From Eledone cirrhosa (lineage: Eukaryota): a DNA stretch of 64,000 bases. The notes beneath the pieces were generated by a model. That model searched no databases, was not told the origin of the DNA, and saw only the letters and a list, made by a program, of their open reading frames with translations. Positions 13,391 to 28,193 of the stretch are shown one piece after another. The position numbers and the translations under genes were made by a program. Each line of letters opens with the position of its first letter. The first letter of the stretch is position 1. Location: positions 27,280,001 to 27,344,000 of the forward strand of contig OZ024757.1 in the NCBI GenBank assembly GCA_964016885.1, in the 5' to 3' direction.

Positions 13391-13534
13391 TTGGTGTTAG
13401 GAAGAGAACCAAGCCAAATCAGTTCTGTGTTAGTAAAACATGGTCCTTCGATCTGTCTATCTCACAATGAGACAGCATGTACTACCTGTGCTAGTGAGGA
13501 AAATGTATACTAAACGATGATGATGATGATGATG

Positions 13535-13572
<38 letters not shown>

Positions 13573-14239
13573 CAATGCCAAACAAAAGGTTGGTAGGACT
13601 CTCCTCTTGTGTGTCAAAGATATGTCAACCTCTCTAGTGCTGGTGCCATATATTTATATAGATATGAATTTACAAACATTAAAACTAAACAAAATTGTTT
13701 TAAAATGTATTTAGCATTATGTCAATGTGTTACACACGCTTACTGAATTTTAAACATGGCATATATATATCTCTATATATATATATATATATAACCCATG
13801 CTAGCATGGAAGAACGGACATAAAACGGTGATGATGATTATATATATGTATATTATATATAGTTCTGTATGAGCAAGACATGGTCACCTGACCTAGCATT
13901 GCTCACAACAGGACAACTCATCTAACTCATATTAGTATGGAAAAATGGACGTAAAATGGCGATGATGATGATGATATATATATATATATATATATATACA
14001 AATAAAGATTCAGCGAGAATCTCATTTTCGGCGGGCAGGAAAAGCGAAGCGAAACGCAAAAATCAGAAATGATACTGGCAAAGTGCTCAATAGAGCTAAA
14101 CAATGTGTTAAGAAGCCATACAAAACTGAAAAGGTGGTCAAGAAGGCATTAACCACCCAAGCCAAAAACCAAATCAAGCTAAACAGGTCAAAACAAAATA
14201 AAATAAAATAAAATAAAAATATATATATATATGAATATA

Positions 14240-14429
14240 GGAGGGACAGCTGAAAGGTTCATAGGCTGACCAAGAAACTCTGATGGATGACCATATGAGG
14301 TTTATTTTTCAACATAGTCCCTGGAAAGAAACAATGTAGTTATTATTAATAAGAGTTGAAATTAATGCTTTTCACATCTCTAGCATCAATCCTTCATCGT
14401 CAGCCTATGAACTTTTCAGGCAACCCTCA
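14240..14429. mobile_element. mariner-type MITE
   Basis: TA-flanked imperfect TIRs GAGGGACAGCTGAAAGGTTCATAGGCTGAC / GTCAGCCTATGAACTTTTCAGGCAACCCTC. Confidence 0.75.
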
Positions 14430-14975
14430 TATATGTGTGTGTATATATATATATTTTTACAAGCAGGAACCTAATACAACTGTGTAAAATTGCCTCCTGT
14501 GTTTTGTTTGTTTCATAACTATATATATATAAAGAGAGAGAGAGAGAGAGAGCTGGATAAGATGTTACTAATTGAGACTAGTAAGACTAATATTCAACTT
14601 AGTACTTCATATCATCATCATCATCATTAAATGTTTGTTTTCTCTGTTCGCAAGGGTTAGACAGGTCAATTGACACCAGGTCAGTACTCATGTGGTCTAC
14701 TGACCTCTCACATATATTCCTGCACTATATCAAGTGCTCAGACATGCAGGGAGGGGTGGGAGACATTTTACCCACATGTTCCTGTTTTCTACTGAATGCA
14801 TTTTATTACAGAACCAGCAGGAGGGAGTTTGTCTTTTGACACATGAGGAGTCCTTCCAATCATTTGTTTTGCAGGTTTTCTACAATTAGATGTCTTTAGC
14901 ATCATAAATGTGCATTAAAAAGGTTATATATATATATATATATATATAATAAATATATATATATAGAGAGAGATA

Positions 14976-15004
<29 letters not shown>

Positions 15005-15010
<6 letters not shown>

Positions 15011-15387
15011 TAATAAAAACAATGAATAAAAACAAAGAACAAGTTCCTTATATTAACAAATTCATCATTTTACGATCGTTTCTAGGATATCTATGTGTGT
15101 TGGTATGTATATCATATAGATCTATGTAAAAATTTTACAAACTATCAGAGGAAATATACATACCTTCACATATATATGCTGTCTTCAGAAATAATAATTA
15201 TTTCTGAAGACAGCATATATATGTGAAGGTATGTATATTTCCTCTGATAGTTTGTAAAATTTTTACATAGATCTATATGATATACATACCAACACACATA
15301 GATATCCTAGAAACGATCGTAAAATGATGAATTTGTTAATATAAGGAACTTGTTCTTTGTTTTTATTCATTGTTTTTATTAATTTAT
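15005..15387. mobile_element. perfect ~383-bp palindrome, Penelope-like inverted pseudo-LTR
   Basis: About 191-bp arms around centre 15196; abuts (AT)n; carries a hammerhead core on each strand. Confidence 0.75.
15197..15328 (+). ncRNA. type I hammerhead ribozyme with ~100-nt stem II region (mirror copy on minus strand 15064-15195)
   Basis: ATTATTT-CTGAAGA...GAAAC-GATC-GTA-AAATGAT; stem I pairs with one GU; palindromic stem III. Confidence 0.6.
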
Positions 15388-15515
15388 CTTGACTCTGTTT
15401 TCCTGTGATTTTCATCGAAAAATTTTTGAATGCATCTTCTCTTTTCATGATATTTGGATTACATTGAGTTCTTCATACGGATTGGACACTACCGTATATT
15501 TTGGTAGATTTATCT

Positions 15516-15548
<33 letters not shown>

Positions 15549-15600
15549 GTAATAATAGTAATAATAATAAATTTGAAGACTAAAATCCAAAGAGGGCTCG

Positions 15601-15637
<37 letters not shown>

Positions 15638-15769
15638 TATATAGATATATATATACACACACACACATATATATATATAGAGAGAGAGAGATAGAAAGAT
15701 ATTTATATATACATGGGAGAAGCCGGTGACACTGGTTAGCGTTGATTATAGTATTGCTATTACCAATGG

Positions 15770-16240
15770 TGGTGGTAGTGTTAGCAGCAGTGACTCTTAG
15801 ACTGTCACTGCTTACTGATGGTGCTGGTGCTGGTGGTAGTTGCAATGGTAGTATTAGTAGTAGTGGTGGTGGTGGTAGCGATGATGGTGGTAGCGATGAT
15901 GATGATGATGGCAATGATAGTAGTGATGATGATGATAATGGTGGTGGTGATGATGATGATGATGATGATGATAATGGTGGTGGAGATGATGATGGTAGTG
16001 TCTGTGGTGGTGGTGGTGGTGGTGGTGGTGGTGGTGGTGGTGATGCTGCAGCTGCTGCTGTTGGTGATAATGGTAATGCAACCACAGCATCTACTGATGA
16101 TGATGATGATGATGTTGGCGGGGCAGATGGTACTGTTGATAACGATGGCCATGTTGATGATGCTAATGATGAAGATGATAGTAATGGTGATGATGATGGT
16201 GGTGATGACAATGACAATGATGATGGTGAAGATGACGGTA

Positions 16241-16273
<33 letters not shown>

Positions 16274-16347
16274 GTAGTGTCGTAGTTAGTCTGTTGTGAC
16301 AACAAGAAATGACCATAACAAAAGTGGTGAGTGTAGTGGCTATTACA

Positions 16348-16382
<35 letters not shown>

Positions 16383-16650
16383 AGTGGTGATGATGATGGT
16401 GGTGGTAGTGATGATAATGACGACGATGATGGTGAAGATGACGGTAATGATGAAGATGATGATGATGATGATGATGGTAGTGTTGTAGTTAGTCTTGTTG
16501 TGACAACAAGAAATGACCATAACAAAAGTGGTGAGTGTAGTGGCTATTATGATGTTGGTGATGAGGATGATGATAGTGGTGAGGAGGAGAGGGAAGATGA
16601 GAAAGATGAGGATCATAATGACCAGGAGGAGGAGGAAGTTGTGAGGTAGA
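15770..16650. repeat. compound GAT/GGT trinucleotide low-complexity tract with ~200-bp internal duplication
   Basis: GTGACAACAAGAAATGACCATAACAAAAGTGGTGAGTGTAGTGGCTATTA at ~16296 and ~16500. Confidence 0.85.
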
Positions 16651-16852
16651 AGAAAAACAGCTGTGCAAAGGCAGATTGCAACACATGTGTAGTCATGACA
16701 ACAGCAGGTCTGACATAACAGGTGTGTGTAAGTGTCATTAAATGTCACTAAGTTCCCATAGTAACAGCATATGTGTGCATACACACACACATATATATAT
16801 ATTACATTATATATATATATATATATATAAATATATTACATTATATATATAT

Positions 16853-17033
16853 GTGGATTGGCAGTATCGGTAGAGGGTCGGATGCCATGCTTTGACGCAT
16901 AGAGTTACGGCCCTTGCCATTCTGAGTTCAAATCCCGCCGAGGTTAACTTTGCCTTTCATCCTTACGGGGTCGATAAAATAAAGTACCAGTAACGTACTG
17001 GGTGATTGCTGGCTTTGTGCCAAACCTAGAAAC

Positions 17034-17038
<5 letters not shown>
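16853..17038 (+). mobile_element. SINE family 1 copy
   Basis: Full A-box to tail. Confidence 0.9.
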
Positions 17039-17106
<68 letters not shown>

Positions 17107-17490
17107 CATACACACACACACACATATATATATATATATTACATATATATATATATTACATACACACACATATATATATAATATGTGTGTGTATGTATAT
17201 ATGTTACATATATATATGTGTGTGTAAATATATAAATATATCTATATTCACATGCATATATATATGTATATATATACATATATATATATATAAACATTCA
17301 TATACATACATATACACATATATACATACAATACAATGATGGTATAACACTTGATATAGTAGGAAAGGAGTCATAACGCTTTGGATGCTAGTCCTTCATC
17401 AGAAGTTAGATAAAGAGAGAAGATACACAACGTAGTAGTAGTAGTAATAGTATTTCTCAACCAGTGAATAATAAACACAACATAGGCTAT

Positions 17491-17950
17491 TGACCTCCCA
17501 CAGACCACGTCAGTACTTAAACAGACCTACTGACCTCCTACAGACCTTGTTAGAACTTAATCTGAGCTACTGACCTCCTACAGACTATGTCAGTACTTAA
17601 TCTGACCTACTGACCTCGTACAGCCCTTGTCAGTAGTTAATCAGAACTAGTGACCTCTCACAAACCATGTCCAGTGGCATATTATTTATTACTGGGGGTG
17701 CAGCTACACCTAAAAGTTTTTGTCGGAAAATTTAGACATTTTTGTCAAAAAATTATTAATGTTAGCACCCCCAAAAATGATAATGGCAATACAATTATGA
17801 CCAAGTCAGCATTTGCTCAGAGTTACAGACCTTCCATGGAGGCCATGTCAGTACTTGATCAGAGCCACAGACCTCTCAGAGGCCAGTACTTGCTCAGAGC
17901 TACATACTTCTCAGAGGCCAAATCAATATTTGCTAGGAGCAACTGACTAC
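17491..17950. repeat. 40-bp minisatellite, interrupted at ~17670-17810
   Basis: TGACCTC at 17491, 17531, 17571, 17611 and 17651; decayed units resume at ~17810. Confidence 0.8.
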
Positions 17951-18139
17951 TTTGATAGTCAGGGGACCCATTTATCGCTGACATATGTCCCCACACTCTA
18001 CTAAATGCATTTTATCACGACATAAGTACTTAGGAGGTTGAAGAGTCCTCATGATTCTTTGTACCTGAAATTCAAAGGTCTAGTCTTGTCATACACTGTC
18101 ATGCCAACTCTACCTGAGGCTTGTATGAGGGGCACACAT

Positions 18140-18332
18140 TTTCTGAGGAATTGAGTACCCCCTTCGGTCACGAATGATCACGTGATTTGCACCTAGAAAG
18201 TTTCCCCCCGAGGCACAAGTGTTTGAGGAAGACCAGCAGTCACTCATCCACACCACCGATGATGTCCAAGGGAAAGGCTACAGCCGATACAGCTTGGCAC
18301 CAGTGATGTCGCAACTCATTTCTACAGCTGAG
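18140..18332 (-). mobile_element. SINE family 2 variant, 3' half
   Basis: Reverse complement matches 45120-45300 (GTCACTGGTGCCAAG...CTGCTGGTCTTCC...CTAGGTGCAAATC). Confidence 0.7.
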
Positions 18333-18584
18333 GTATACTCAACCACTTACATGCTAATTCAATGAGTAGGTTGTTCAGTTCATCAAGCAAATGAACACTT
18401 TTATTAGCCAATGATGATTGTCTTTCTAGCCATGACCTATCTTTTAGAATATCTATGACTACAGTGTATATCTATGACTACACTATATACAAAAGATGAT
18501 AGGATTAGGTGGTTTAGGGCTGATTTGGCTGCTGTTTCTACCAGATCTAGCAACAACATAGAAGTTCCCTGGTTGGCTTATGAT

Positions 18585-19140
18585 AATAATTGTTTTTACA
18601 ATAGGCACAAGGCCAGCAATTATCCCAGTGTATTACTGGTACTTTATTTTATCGACCCCCCCGTTAGGATGAAAGGCAAAGTTAACCTCAATGGGATTTG
18701 AACTCAGAATGGCAAGGGCCGTAACTATGCGTCAAAGCATGGCGTCCGACCCTCTCCCGATACTGCCAAGTTGGCTTATGATAATAATAACAATTGTTTC
18801 TACTTCAGGCACCAAGCCAGTAATTTGAAGGGAAGGGGAAAGTCGATTAAATCAACCCCAATACTCACTGGTGCTTTATTTTATCAACCCCATAAGGATG
18901 AAAGGCAAAGCTAATCTTGGTGGGACTTGAACTCAGAACATAAAGGGCCATAACACTCTGTCATGAAACAGTATCCGACGCTCTACCGATACTGTCAATC
19001 TATAATAATTGTTTCTACTTTTGGGACAAGGCCAGCAATTTTTACCCAGTACATTACTGGTACTTTATTTTATCGACCCCGTAAGGATGAAAGGCAAAGT
19101 TAACCTCGGCGGGATTTGAACTCAGAATGTAAAGGGCCAT
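18585..19140 (-). mobile_element. chain of three SINE family 1 copies
   Basis: Repeated tail/core/B-box units separated by AAT repeats. Confidence 0.9.
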
Positions 19141-19142
19141 TG

Positions 19143-19182
<40 letters not shown>

Positions 19183-19523
19183 AGTGGTGATGGTGGTGGT
19201 AACAAATATGATGTCCAGTTTGAAGAAGTTAAGTTTATAAAAATGCAGTGTAGTGATGTGAAAGTCAGACTAATATTAATGATGATGACAGTGGTGATGG
19301 TGATGGTGAAGATGGTGTTGATGGTGGTGGTGTGTGTGTGAAGGTATGGGAATGAAGTATGAGGATGTCAGACCAACATTATGTAATAGCATATTGTAGA
19401 GTGAGATGGGGGGAAGGGCAGTCTAAGACACTATTCATTTTAATGAGGTACAAAATACAGTGGTATCAGCAGTTGGTGAAGGAGTGGGCTTATAAATATG
19501 AGTGTGTATATGTATATCTATAA

Positions 19524-19559
<36 letters not shown>

Positions 19560-20645
19560 ATGTATCCCGGGTTCAATTGGCGGTAACCACAGTAAGTAAG
19601 GTACTCAATAGCAGAGTATAAATATTTAATATAGAAATGGCTTCTAAAAGAGTTTCCTGATAATTTCCTTTGAATGAAACAGTTCTAGTCTTGTGGAAAC
19701 CATTTCTATATTAAATAAATATATATATATACATATATATGCGTGTATATGAAAGAGTCGTGACCCCCAACGGTTGAGCTCTTGCCATATATATATAATT
19801 TCAATGTAGTCTACCTTTCGTGGTAGGGTCTAAACCGTAGATAGAACTCAATGTAATCTGTTAGCAAAATTCAGTGAGATCCAGAGATATCTCCTACGGC
19901 TACAAAAACTGTGGTCAATGCCAGGCTAGAGGGCTAAAGTAATGGATCTCCAGCTAAACCCTGGTCCCTAGAAGCTTAGAGGACGAAAGAAGCATATATG
20001 TTCCATAGGCTGTCCTACGGCCAACTAAATGCTGGTCATTAGCAGGTAAAAGGACGAGTTCCATGCTTCACTGAGTCAATCCTTTAGATACAGAGTCTGA
20101 TATATTAGATATTAGTTTAACAATGATAATAATGCTTCTACTTTTGGCACAAGGCCAGCAATTAACCAGTGCATTACTGGTACTTTATTTTATCGACCCC
20201 GTAAGGATGAAAGGTAAAGTTAACCTCGGCGGGATTTGAACTCAGACAATGATAATAATAATTGTTTCTACTATTGGCACAAGGCCAGCAATTACCCAGT
20301 ACATTACTGGTACATGATAATAATAATGAAGGCAAGTTATTTTACATATATAATTTATTTGCTTTACGATCGTTTCGGAGTGTTGATCATATTGATATAT
20401 TGACTGATCTATAGCAGTTAGAGAACTGTATATACTATCAGACATAATATATAGGTTCGATCATACCATCTTTGGAAATAATATATATACTGTAGTATAA
20501 GGTAGAAATATCCAAGAGTAAGAGCACCAAGTCCATAAGACAAGTTAAGTATAACTGGTTACAACAGTGACTAATTATATATATGTATGTATATATGTGT
20601 GTGTGACTACATATACATCTTTGTGTTTGTCTTGTTTATTCTTGA

Positions 20646-20683
<38 letters not shown>

Positions 20684-20798
20684 AAATCAGTTCTGTATGA
20701 GCATGGCATGGTCACCTGACCTAGCATTGCTCACAACAGGATAACTTGTCTAATCCATGACAGCATGGAAAAATGGAAGTTAAACGGTGATGATGATG

Positions 20799-20829
<31 letters not shown>

Positions 20830-20979
20830 TACATATACACACGTGTGTGTGTGTGTGTGTGTCTGTTTTATGGTTCTGTCCAAATGTTCATGCTTGGCTG
20901 ATCCTGTGATCCATGTTAGTATCACATGTTCAATATGGATCCACCGCCAAAAGAACAGATTAAACACATTCAACCCACT

Positions 20980-21034
<55 letters not shown>

Positions 21035-22113
21035 GAGTTAAATCACTGAATTAATAATAGCAATAATTAAGATAGATTTTATAGAGTAGTTACTTTGAGT
21101 TTCATGTTATGCGATTATACATAAATACACTCACACAGTTTTAGGGGCTAGTATATGTTATTAAATCTCTTTAGTGAGAGGGGTTGGTATTCTTTTCAGC
21201 TAAACATTCTCCAATAAATAAATAATTATGAGGGTATTCAAAAGATCACCATGTTTAAGGATTTTCTTTAATAGTAGCAAAGAACTGTAAGATGCCAATA
21301 AGAACCAGTAGCAATATCACAGAAGACATACATACGTACATGCTTGCTTGCTTATACACATATGTACATGCATGTACACCTATTTATATATATATATATA
21401 TATATACATACACAGATACATGCATGTACATATACATAAAATACATAGACACACACATACATAGATATATACATAGACATACACACACACACATGCAGCC
21501 ACATTGAGGGGGACAAACGGATGGGGTGGGATATGGAGGTGGCAAAGAATTAATAAGAGTGGGTCAGAAATGAGGTTTTGAGGAGGGAGAGAGCGAGAGA
21601 AGAGAACGAAGAGAGAGAGAACGGAGAGAGAGAGCACGAAGAGAGAGGGAGAAAAAAAACGAAGAGAGAGAGTGAGAGAGAGGGATAGAAGCAAGAGAGA
21701 GACTCTCAAAAGAAAACACATGAGATAGTGGGGAGGAAGAGAGAGGGAAAGAGAGAGTGGGGAGTGAAGATAGTCAGTAGGGAAATACGAAGCTATGCCG
21801 TGAAGAAGGAATACAGCAGATGCTGTGGTTTAAGAAAGGCAACGACGACGACTGTAATTATGGTGATGGTGGGGGTGATGATGGTGGTGGTGGTGGTGTG
21901 CTAGTGAGTGAGATCATATTGGAGGAAAGAGATTATGCGTGTGTGCTGTGTTGTGTAATGTAGGATATATATTTATGTGTGTATATGTGTGTGTGTGATA
22001 TACACACACGCACATATATATATACATATATCTTGGGTTCAATCGGGGGTAACCACAGTAAGTGAGGTACTCAATGCACAGTAGAGTATATACAATATTG
22101 GATATAGTAATGG

Positions 22114-22160
22114 CTTCTACAGGACTAGAGCTGTTTCATTCGAAGGAAATCATCAGGAAA
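22114..22160 (-). ncRNA. type I hammerhead ribozyme in a short palindromic element (element ~22032-22220)
   Basis: Minus strand TTTC-CTGATGA-TTTCCTTCGAAT-GAAACAG-CTCTAGTC-CTGTA-GAAG; 4-bp stem III, GUA site; related decayed copies at 4460-4545, 19566-19715, 56545-56740 and 56762-56890. Confidence 0.65.
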
Positions 22161-22245
22161 GCCCTGATTTCCTTCGAATGAAACACCTCTAGTCCTGTAG
22201 AAGCAATTTCTATATTAAATATTGTATATATGCGTGTGTGTGTGA

Positions 22246-22307
<62 letters not shown>

Positions 22308-22907
22308 ATAATAGAAAGAGCAAGGATGAGAGAGATAGCTTTCGTTAGATGTCTACAAGATATATAGACAAGAAAGCAAAGGAATGATGGATAGAAAAGA
22401 GAAAACAAACAAACACACACCATGGTGTGTTTACAACTGGCAACAGACTCCATGTTGCTTTTCATCATGAGGCTCTTATGTTTAGTAGAACACACTCCAC
22501 TACACCACACCTCCAAACTGTACCCCTAACTACATATTTATACTACACCACCACACCAAATATATCACAAACTGCATCCATTTCCACACCACACAACCAA
22601 ATATGCCACAAACTACCTCCAGACCATACTATACCACCAAAATATACCACAAACTACATCCACACCACACCACCAAAATATACCACTAACTACATCTACA
22701 CCACCGAACTATATTACTAACTACATCTACACCACTAGACTATATCACAAACTACACTCACTTCCACACCACCAAATATATCACAAACTATCTCTACATT
22801 TCACTACTCCCCCAAACTACCTTCACACTTACCGATTTATACCAGAAACAACCTAAACACCACACCCCCAAATTGTATCACAAACTACCACACCATCAAA
22901 CTCTACC

Positions 22908-23729
22908 CAGGGCTAAATTTACCATTAAACAAAACAAGCACGTGTTCAGAGCAGCAAGGGAATGGGACATCACAGATTTTCTATGGTGTAGATTGTAAAG
23001 CTGAACTAGTTTTTATGAAATAAATTAAAAAAGGTGTTGAAAATTTACATTTTTTCCGGATGCCCTAGTTATAAGTAAATAATTTGCTTACATTGCCTAC
23101 TGATATTTAGTGTTAAATAAATAGAATTAAATAAGTTATATTTAATATAGTTGTGGGATCTGGCCTGGAAGAAAAACAGAATGTTTATGGGTCGAGAGAG
23201 CCACTATTTCTGTTTACTTATAATGGTTTCAAATACATAAAATTAATAAAACCAGTTATATTCAATATAGCTGTGGGATCTGGCCTGGAAGAAAGCTAAA
23301 TTTTTAATCTATTATTTCACATTCGATACTTATTGTGTCTTAAGTAAGTTTAGAGTGTCACATAAGAATGATTTGCAGTATTCGTTCTGGATCTCTATAC
23401 GCTGAGTTCAGAACCAACCGAGGTTGACTTTGCCAGTCTTTCTTTCGAAGTCAATAAAAGAAAAGTACCAGTCTAGTACTGGAGATCAATTCTTTTTCTA
23501 TAGCTCTCTTTTATTTCCTTTCTCTCACTCTTTCTTTTTCTTATCTAAAAGAAATCAAGAGTATTCAGACATGGAAATGCTCTGCCAGGTTTAAAAAAGG
23601 ATCAAGATGCCAAACGGAGCCCCTACGTTTCCATTAGGAGTTCCAGGCCCATACATACAATGGAAAGGTGCAGGAGGGAACCATTGCTAGAAAGTGCTAA
23701 GGGTATAAGTTAACCTTAATCATGCCCTG
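22908..23729. mobile_element. old hAT-like non-autonomous element with nested SINE (~23345-23490) and internal ~120-bp duplication
   Basis: CAGGGC...GCCCTG termini; degenerate 8-bp flanks ACTCTACC/CTTCTACA; left end resembles the 58119 element. Confidence 0.45.
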
Positions 23730-24504
23730 CTTCTACATCCACGATAACCACACTATACCACCAAGTCAATTTAGTTGCTCAACCTGCTAGAAATAGCAGT
23801 CCCCTGAAATTACATCCGTTCTTCTTAAATAGCGTTTAAAAAAACAGGTTGGTCACAACTGGGATGCAAATTGATCATAGCTGATAGATCAATTAGATCA
23901 GGACTGGCCTGAAGCTATAGAAGAAAAAAAAAAACGTAAGCTAAAACGGATGAAACAGATGTTAAAACTATGGCGGTGGTGATGATGAGGAAAGGACACA
24001 TTAGATATATACACCCCTTAACAACACAAGATGATTACGGCTAGAATAGTTTTTGGTTATATAGGGCTAAACATTAAAAACAACAACAGCAGTGATAACG
24101 ACTGACTTTACAACAATCAGATTATATACTCTGGCGAAACTTAACTTAAAACAATTAGAATACATAGAAAAAGCGGTGTAGAGCTAACAGTAGTATCGCT
24201 AATAACACATACACTCAACAATGTTTGCACAACTTAACACGCTAAATTGTAAATGTACCCCTTATTTATTTATTATATAGGATCTATAGGGGTTCCCTGA
24301 CTGGCTCCAACTGTCTGTGCCCCTTAATTGGGACGTTTTATGTCATTTCTCTATATAATAGCTGTTGTTTTTCATGCCTGTTTTTTCACAAGCGACTCTC
24401 TGGAAACCCCACCGTTTTTTTGTAATTTGTCCTTGTAATGCTCCCCCCCCTCATACGACGCCCTTGTGGAAAGTAAACAAACGATTATTATAATTATTGT
24501 TATA

Positions 24505-25065
24505 GTCCAAATCCCGCCGAAGTTAACTTTGCCTTTCATGCTTACGGAGTTGATAAACTTAAGTACCAGTCAAGTACTGATGTCGATATAATCGACTTTC
24601 CTTTCCCCACAAACTGTTGGCCAGGTGCCTAAATTAAAAACCATTATTATTAGATGGAATGGCAGTGTCGGTAGAGCGACGAACAAAATGCTTTGCGGCA
24701 TTTAGTTACGACTTTCTATGTTCTGAGATCAAATTCCGTCGAGGTCAACTTTACCTTTCATTTTCCGAGAGTCGATAAAATAAAATATCAACCAATTAAG
24801 TACTAGTATCTTCTCCCCTGAAATTGCTGGCCCTGTGCCTAAATTACAAACCATTATTACTATTGGTGGGTTGTCAGGATCGTTAGAGCCTCAAACTACT
24901 TTTCGATACATGCGCCGGTTCTTTACATTCTGAGTTCATGTTCCCCTAGGTTAACTTTGTCTGTCATCCTCTATGTTAGATAAAATACCAGTTAAGTTCT
25001 GATTTAATCGATTTCATCGCCCCCACCTTCCAGAAGAATTGTAAGCTTTGAACCTTAATTAGCAA
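24505..25065 (+). mobile_element. chain of three diverged SINE family 1 copies following a Tx1-like 3' end (~24280-24490)
   Basis: Decayed core and tail motifs; the upstream segment ends GCCCTTGTGGAAAGTAAACAAACGATTATTAT. Confidence 0.7.
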
Positions 25066-25559
25066 TTATATCATCTTGTCCAGACCCACCTGTATAGTAA
25101 CTCCTATATTTATAAGGTTAATTGTATTATATGTGCAAGCCATTTATGACTAACAAATGTAATAATTATCATTGTTGTTGTAATTTTAACTTGAGTGGCA
25201 GTGAAATCTCTAGAAATTATAAAAGTTATTATTGATAAGTTTGTCTTGAACTGAAGTGAAACTTCAAATTCCTTCACACATTATAACCACGAATCCAGGG
25301 GAAAAGTCACTAGAGAAAGAAAGTTATTTATTTAAAACAGTGGAAACATATTTCTTAAGTTATAAGAAGAAAAATCACTAAAAAAAAACAACAACCCAAT
25401 TCAATTCTGGTTTAAACTTTCTATTTTCCGATTCAAAAGTGTGACTTTTCTCCTCAGTAATTAAAGTTACATTCAGCCCCTGATATCCCTATTTAACGAT
25501 TTTTTTTCATATTCTAAACATACCCCAATGCTTGGTAGACAGACCCAGCAGTTGCTTAT

Positions 25560-26185
25560 AAACACCACATAACCCATACACTTTATACAACAATGTTATA
25601 TGAACAGACCCTACAGTTTCTATTAAAACACCACATGAACAGGCCCTATAGTTGCTATTAAAACGCCACATGAACAGACCCTACATTTGCTATTAAAACA
25701 CCACATGAACAGACCCTACAGTTCCTACCATAATACCACATGAACAGACCCTAGATTTGCTATTAAAACACCACATGAACAGACCCTATATTTGCTATTA
25801 AAACACCACATGAACAGACCCTACAGTTCCTACCATTATACCACATGAACAGACTCTACATTTCCTATTAAAACACCACATGAACAGACCCTACAGTTCC
25901 TACTAAAACAACACAAGAACAGACCTTACAATTTTTATTAAAACACCACATGAACAGACCTTACAGTTTCTATTAAAACACCACATGAACAGACCCTACA
26001 GTTTCTATTAAAACACCACATGAACAGACCCTACATTTGCTATTAAAACACCACATGAACAGACCCTACAGTTTCTATTAAAACACCACATGAACAGACC
26101 CTACAGTTTCTATTAAAACACCACATGAACAGAGCCTACAGTTTCTATTAAAACACCACATGAACCATACACTTTATACAACAAT
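25560..26185. repeat. 35-bp minisatellite, ~17 units
   Basis: Unit AAACACCACATGAACAGACCCTACAGTTTCTATTA; bounded by direct repeat CCATACACTTTATACAACAAT. Confidence 0.95.
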
Positions 26186-28099
26186 ACACGTTACATGAAA
26201 AGTTATGAGCCAAACGAGGGGGAATTTCGGCAAACTAATTACAGACTAGTCCCCGCGGGATTTGTTTCCTCGTAGCTTGCCTAATACAGAATACTTTTCA
26301 AATATATTTTTGCAGATACGTTAACGAATGTATAGATTACGATTATGTTGATCAAATTTAAAGAAAAAAAATGAATCATTTTCCTTCCCCCCGCTCCCGC
26401 AATTCCTATTTTATAAAATTTGACATTATCTTGATTTATCAATCAAGATAATGTCAGATTTTATACTCATTATATCAGCATTAAATTGGAAGGCACGATG
26501 AAAACATTTTTAAGTTCATGTTTAAACTATTAACAAAGAAATCGAAAGTATACAACAATAAAAGCATAAACAGAAATATATAATAATGAAAAAATTGTTT
26601 TTTTCGTTGTAATAAACTTCCTCTTTTGGCGGAATGTTTAAGTCATCACTAAATGTGCTAGAAATAGCAGTCACATTCTTCTCAAATCACATTCGGCATA
26701 GTATGCCTTCTTTGATCTTAGGTCTGCTTGAACAGGGCTGATCCAGGGATAAACAACAATTAGAAAGGTCGTGTCAGGTATATATACTACTACCACTACA
26801 ACAACAACTACTATTACGTAGTCGACAGACCTGCTAAAAACAGCAGCTAAATTTCGCTAAAAGTGACACTTAACCCACTTGAATAAGGATAAGTAAAAAA
26901 CATATGAGATAATATAGTCCTTACAATAGACGTAAAAAGACGAGAAAGTCACGGCTCGAAAGCTTTTGATAATAGGTCTGGTGGATCAGGGTTAAACTTA
27001 GTGATACAACACTAAACTCCACACAATATCCACAACACAACACTAAACTCCACACCATATCCACAACACATCAAACTCCACACCATATCAGACATTACAC
27101 CTAACTCCACACCATACCACACCATACCATACCACAGACACTACATCACAGCACACTACGATAAATATTCCCCACAGTACAATAGAAAACAAGAGATAAC
27201 TGCCATAGGTTCAACATTAGAATATCAACAACAGTTCCGCCTGCAAAGCAGACATCTCAGCTTCCATTAGACACCTGCCTCATTACTTTATATATCGCTT
27301 TAATGATCTATGTGTCTACACCCACTGTGTACGTTGTATGTCTATACACTCACTATGTATGTCGGATATGTATACAATCACTATGTACTTCGTGTGTGTA
27401 TATACACTCACTATGTCGCATGTGTATATACTTACTATGTATGTTATTTATGTATATACGTTCACTATGTACGTTGTATATGTGTATAGACTCACTATAT
27501 ACATTCTGTATGTGAAATATGTGTATACGTTCACTATGTATGATGTATATGTGCATACACTCATATATACGTTGTGTATGTGTAATATGCGTATACGTTC
27601 ACTATGTTTGTTATATATGTGTATACACTCACTATATATGTGTATAGACACGCTATATACGTGTATACACACACTAAATACGTGTATACACTCACTATGT
27701 ACATATAAATGTATATTGTTGTTGGACCTCAGTCGATTGTGATGAGTGTTCCAGTTGTTTAAACTTTAAACAACGGAACAGCTTGATCCTGAAATTAGTG
27801 TTCAGGAAGTAGCTGAGCATCTTACAGATATGTATACCTTTAACGTAGTGCTCAGGGAGATTCAGCATGACACAGAGTGTAACAAGGCTGTTTTTGTTTG
27901 TTTGTCATTTTGCAAATTACAGGAACAACCCATTTTTCGAGCTGAATAGACTGGAGAACCGGGAATTGAGCCGAACACCCTAACATCTAAACAACGTGCC
28001 TTCTACTGTAAACATGAACGTCACATTTTGAAACACGAATTCCGGAAACGATCCCATATAAATACACAGGTTATATATACACATACATTTATAGGAATT

Positions 28100-28193
<94 letters not shown>

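Noticed and set aside
15510-16790. 426-aa minus and 185-aa plus acidic/Ser-Pro ORFs
   Set aside because: GAT/GGT low complexity open on both strands; the internal duplication shifts frame; no credible splice sites
19800-20100. Possible DIRS-like fragment on the minus strand
   Set aside because: Only faint motif resemblance with multiple stops; not supportable without a search
25560-26185. 35-bp repeat array as CRISPR
   Set aside because: Units are contiguous with no spacers
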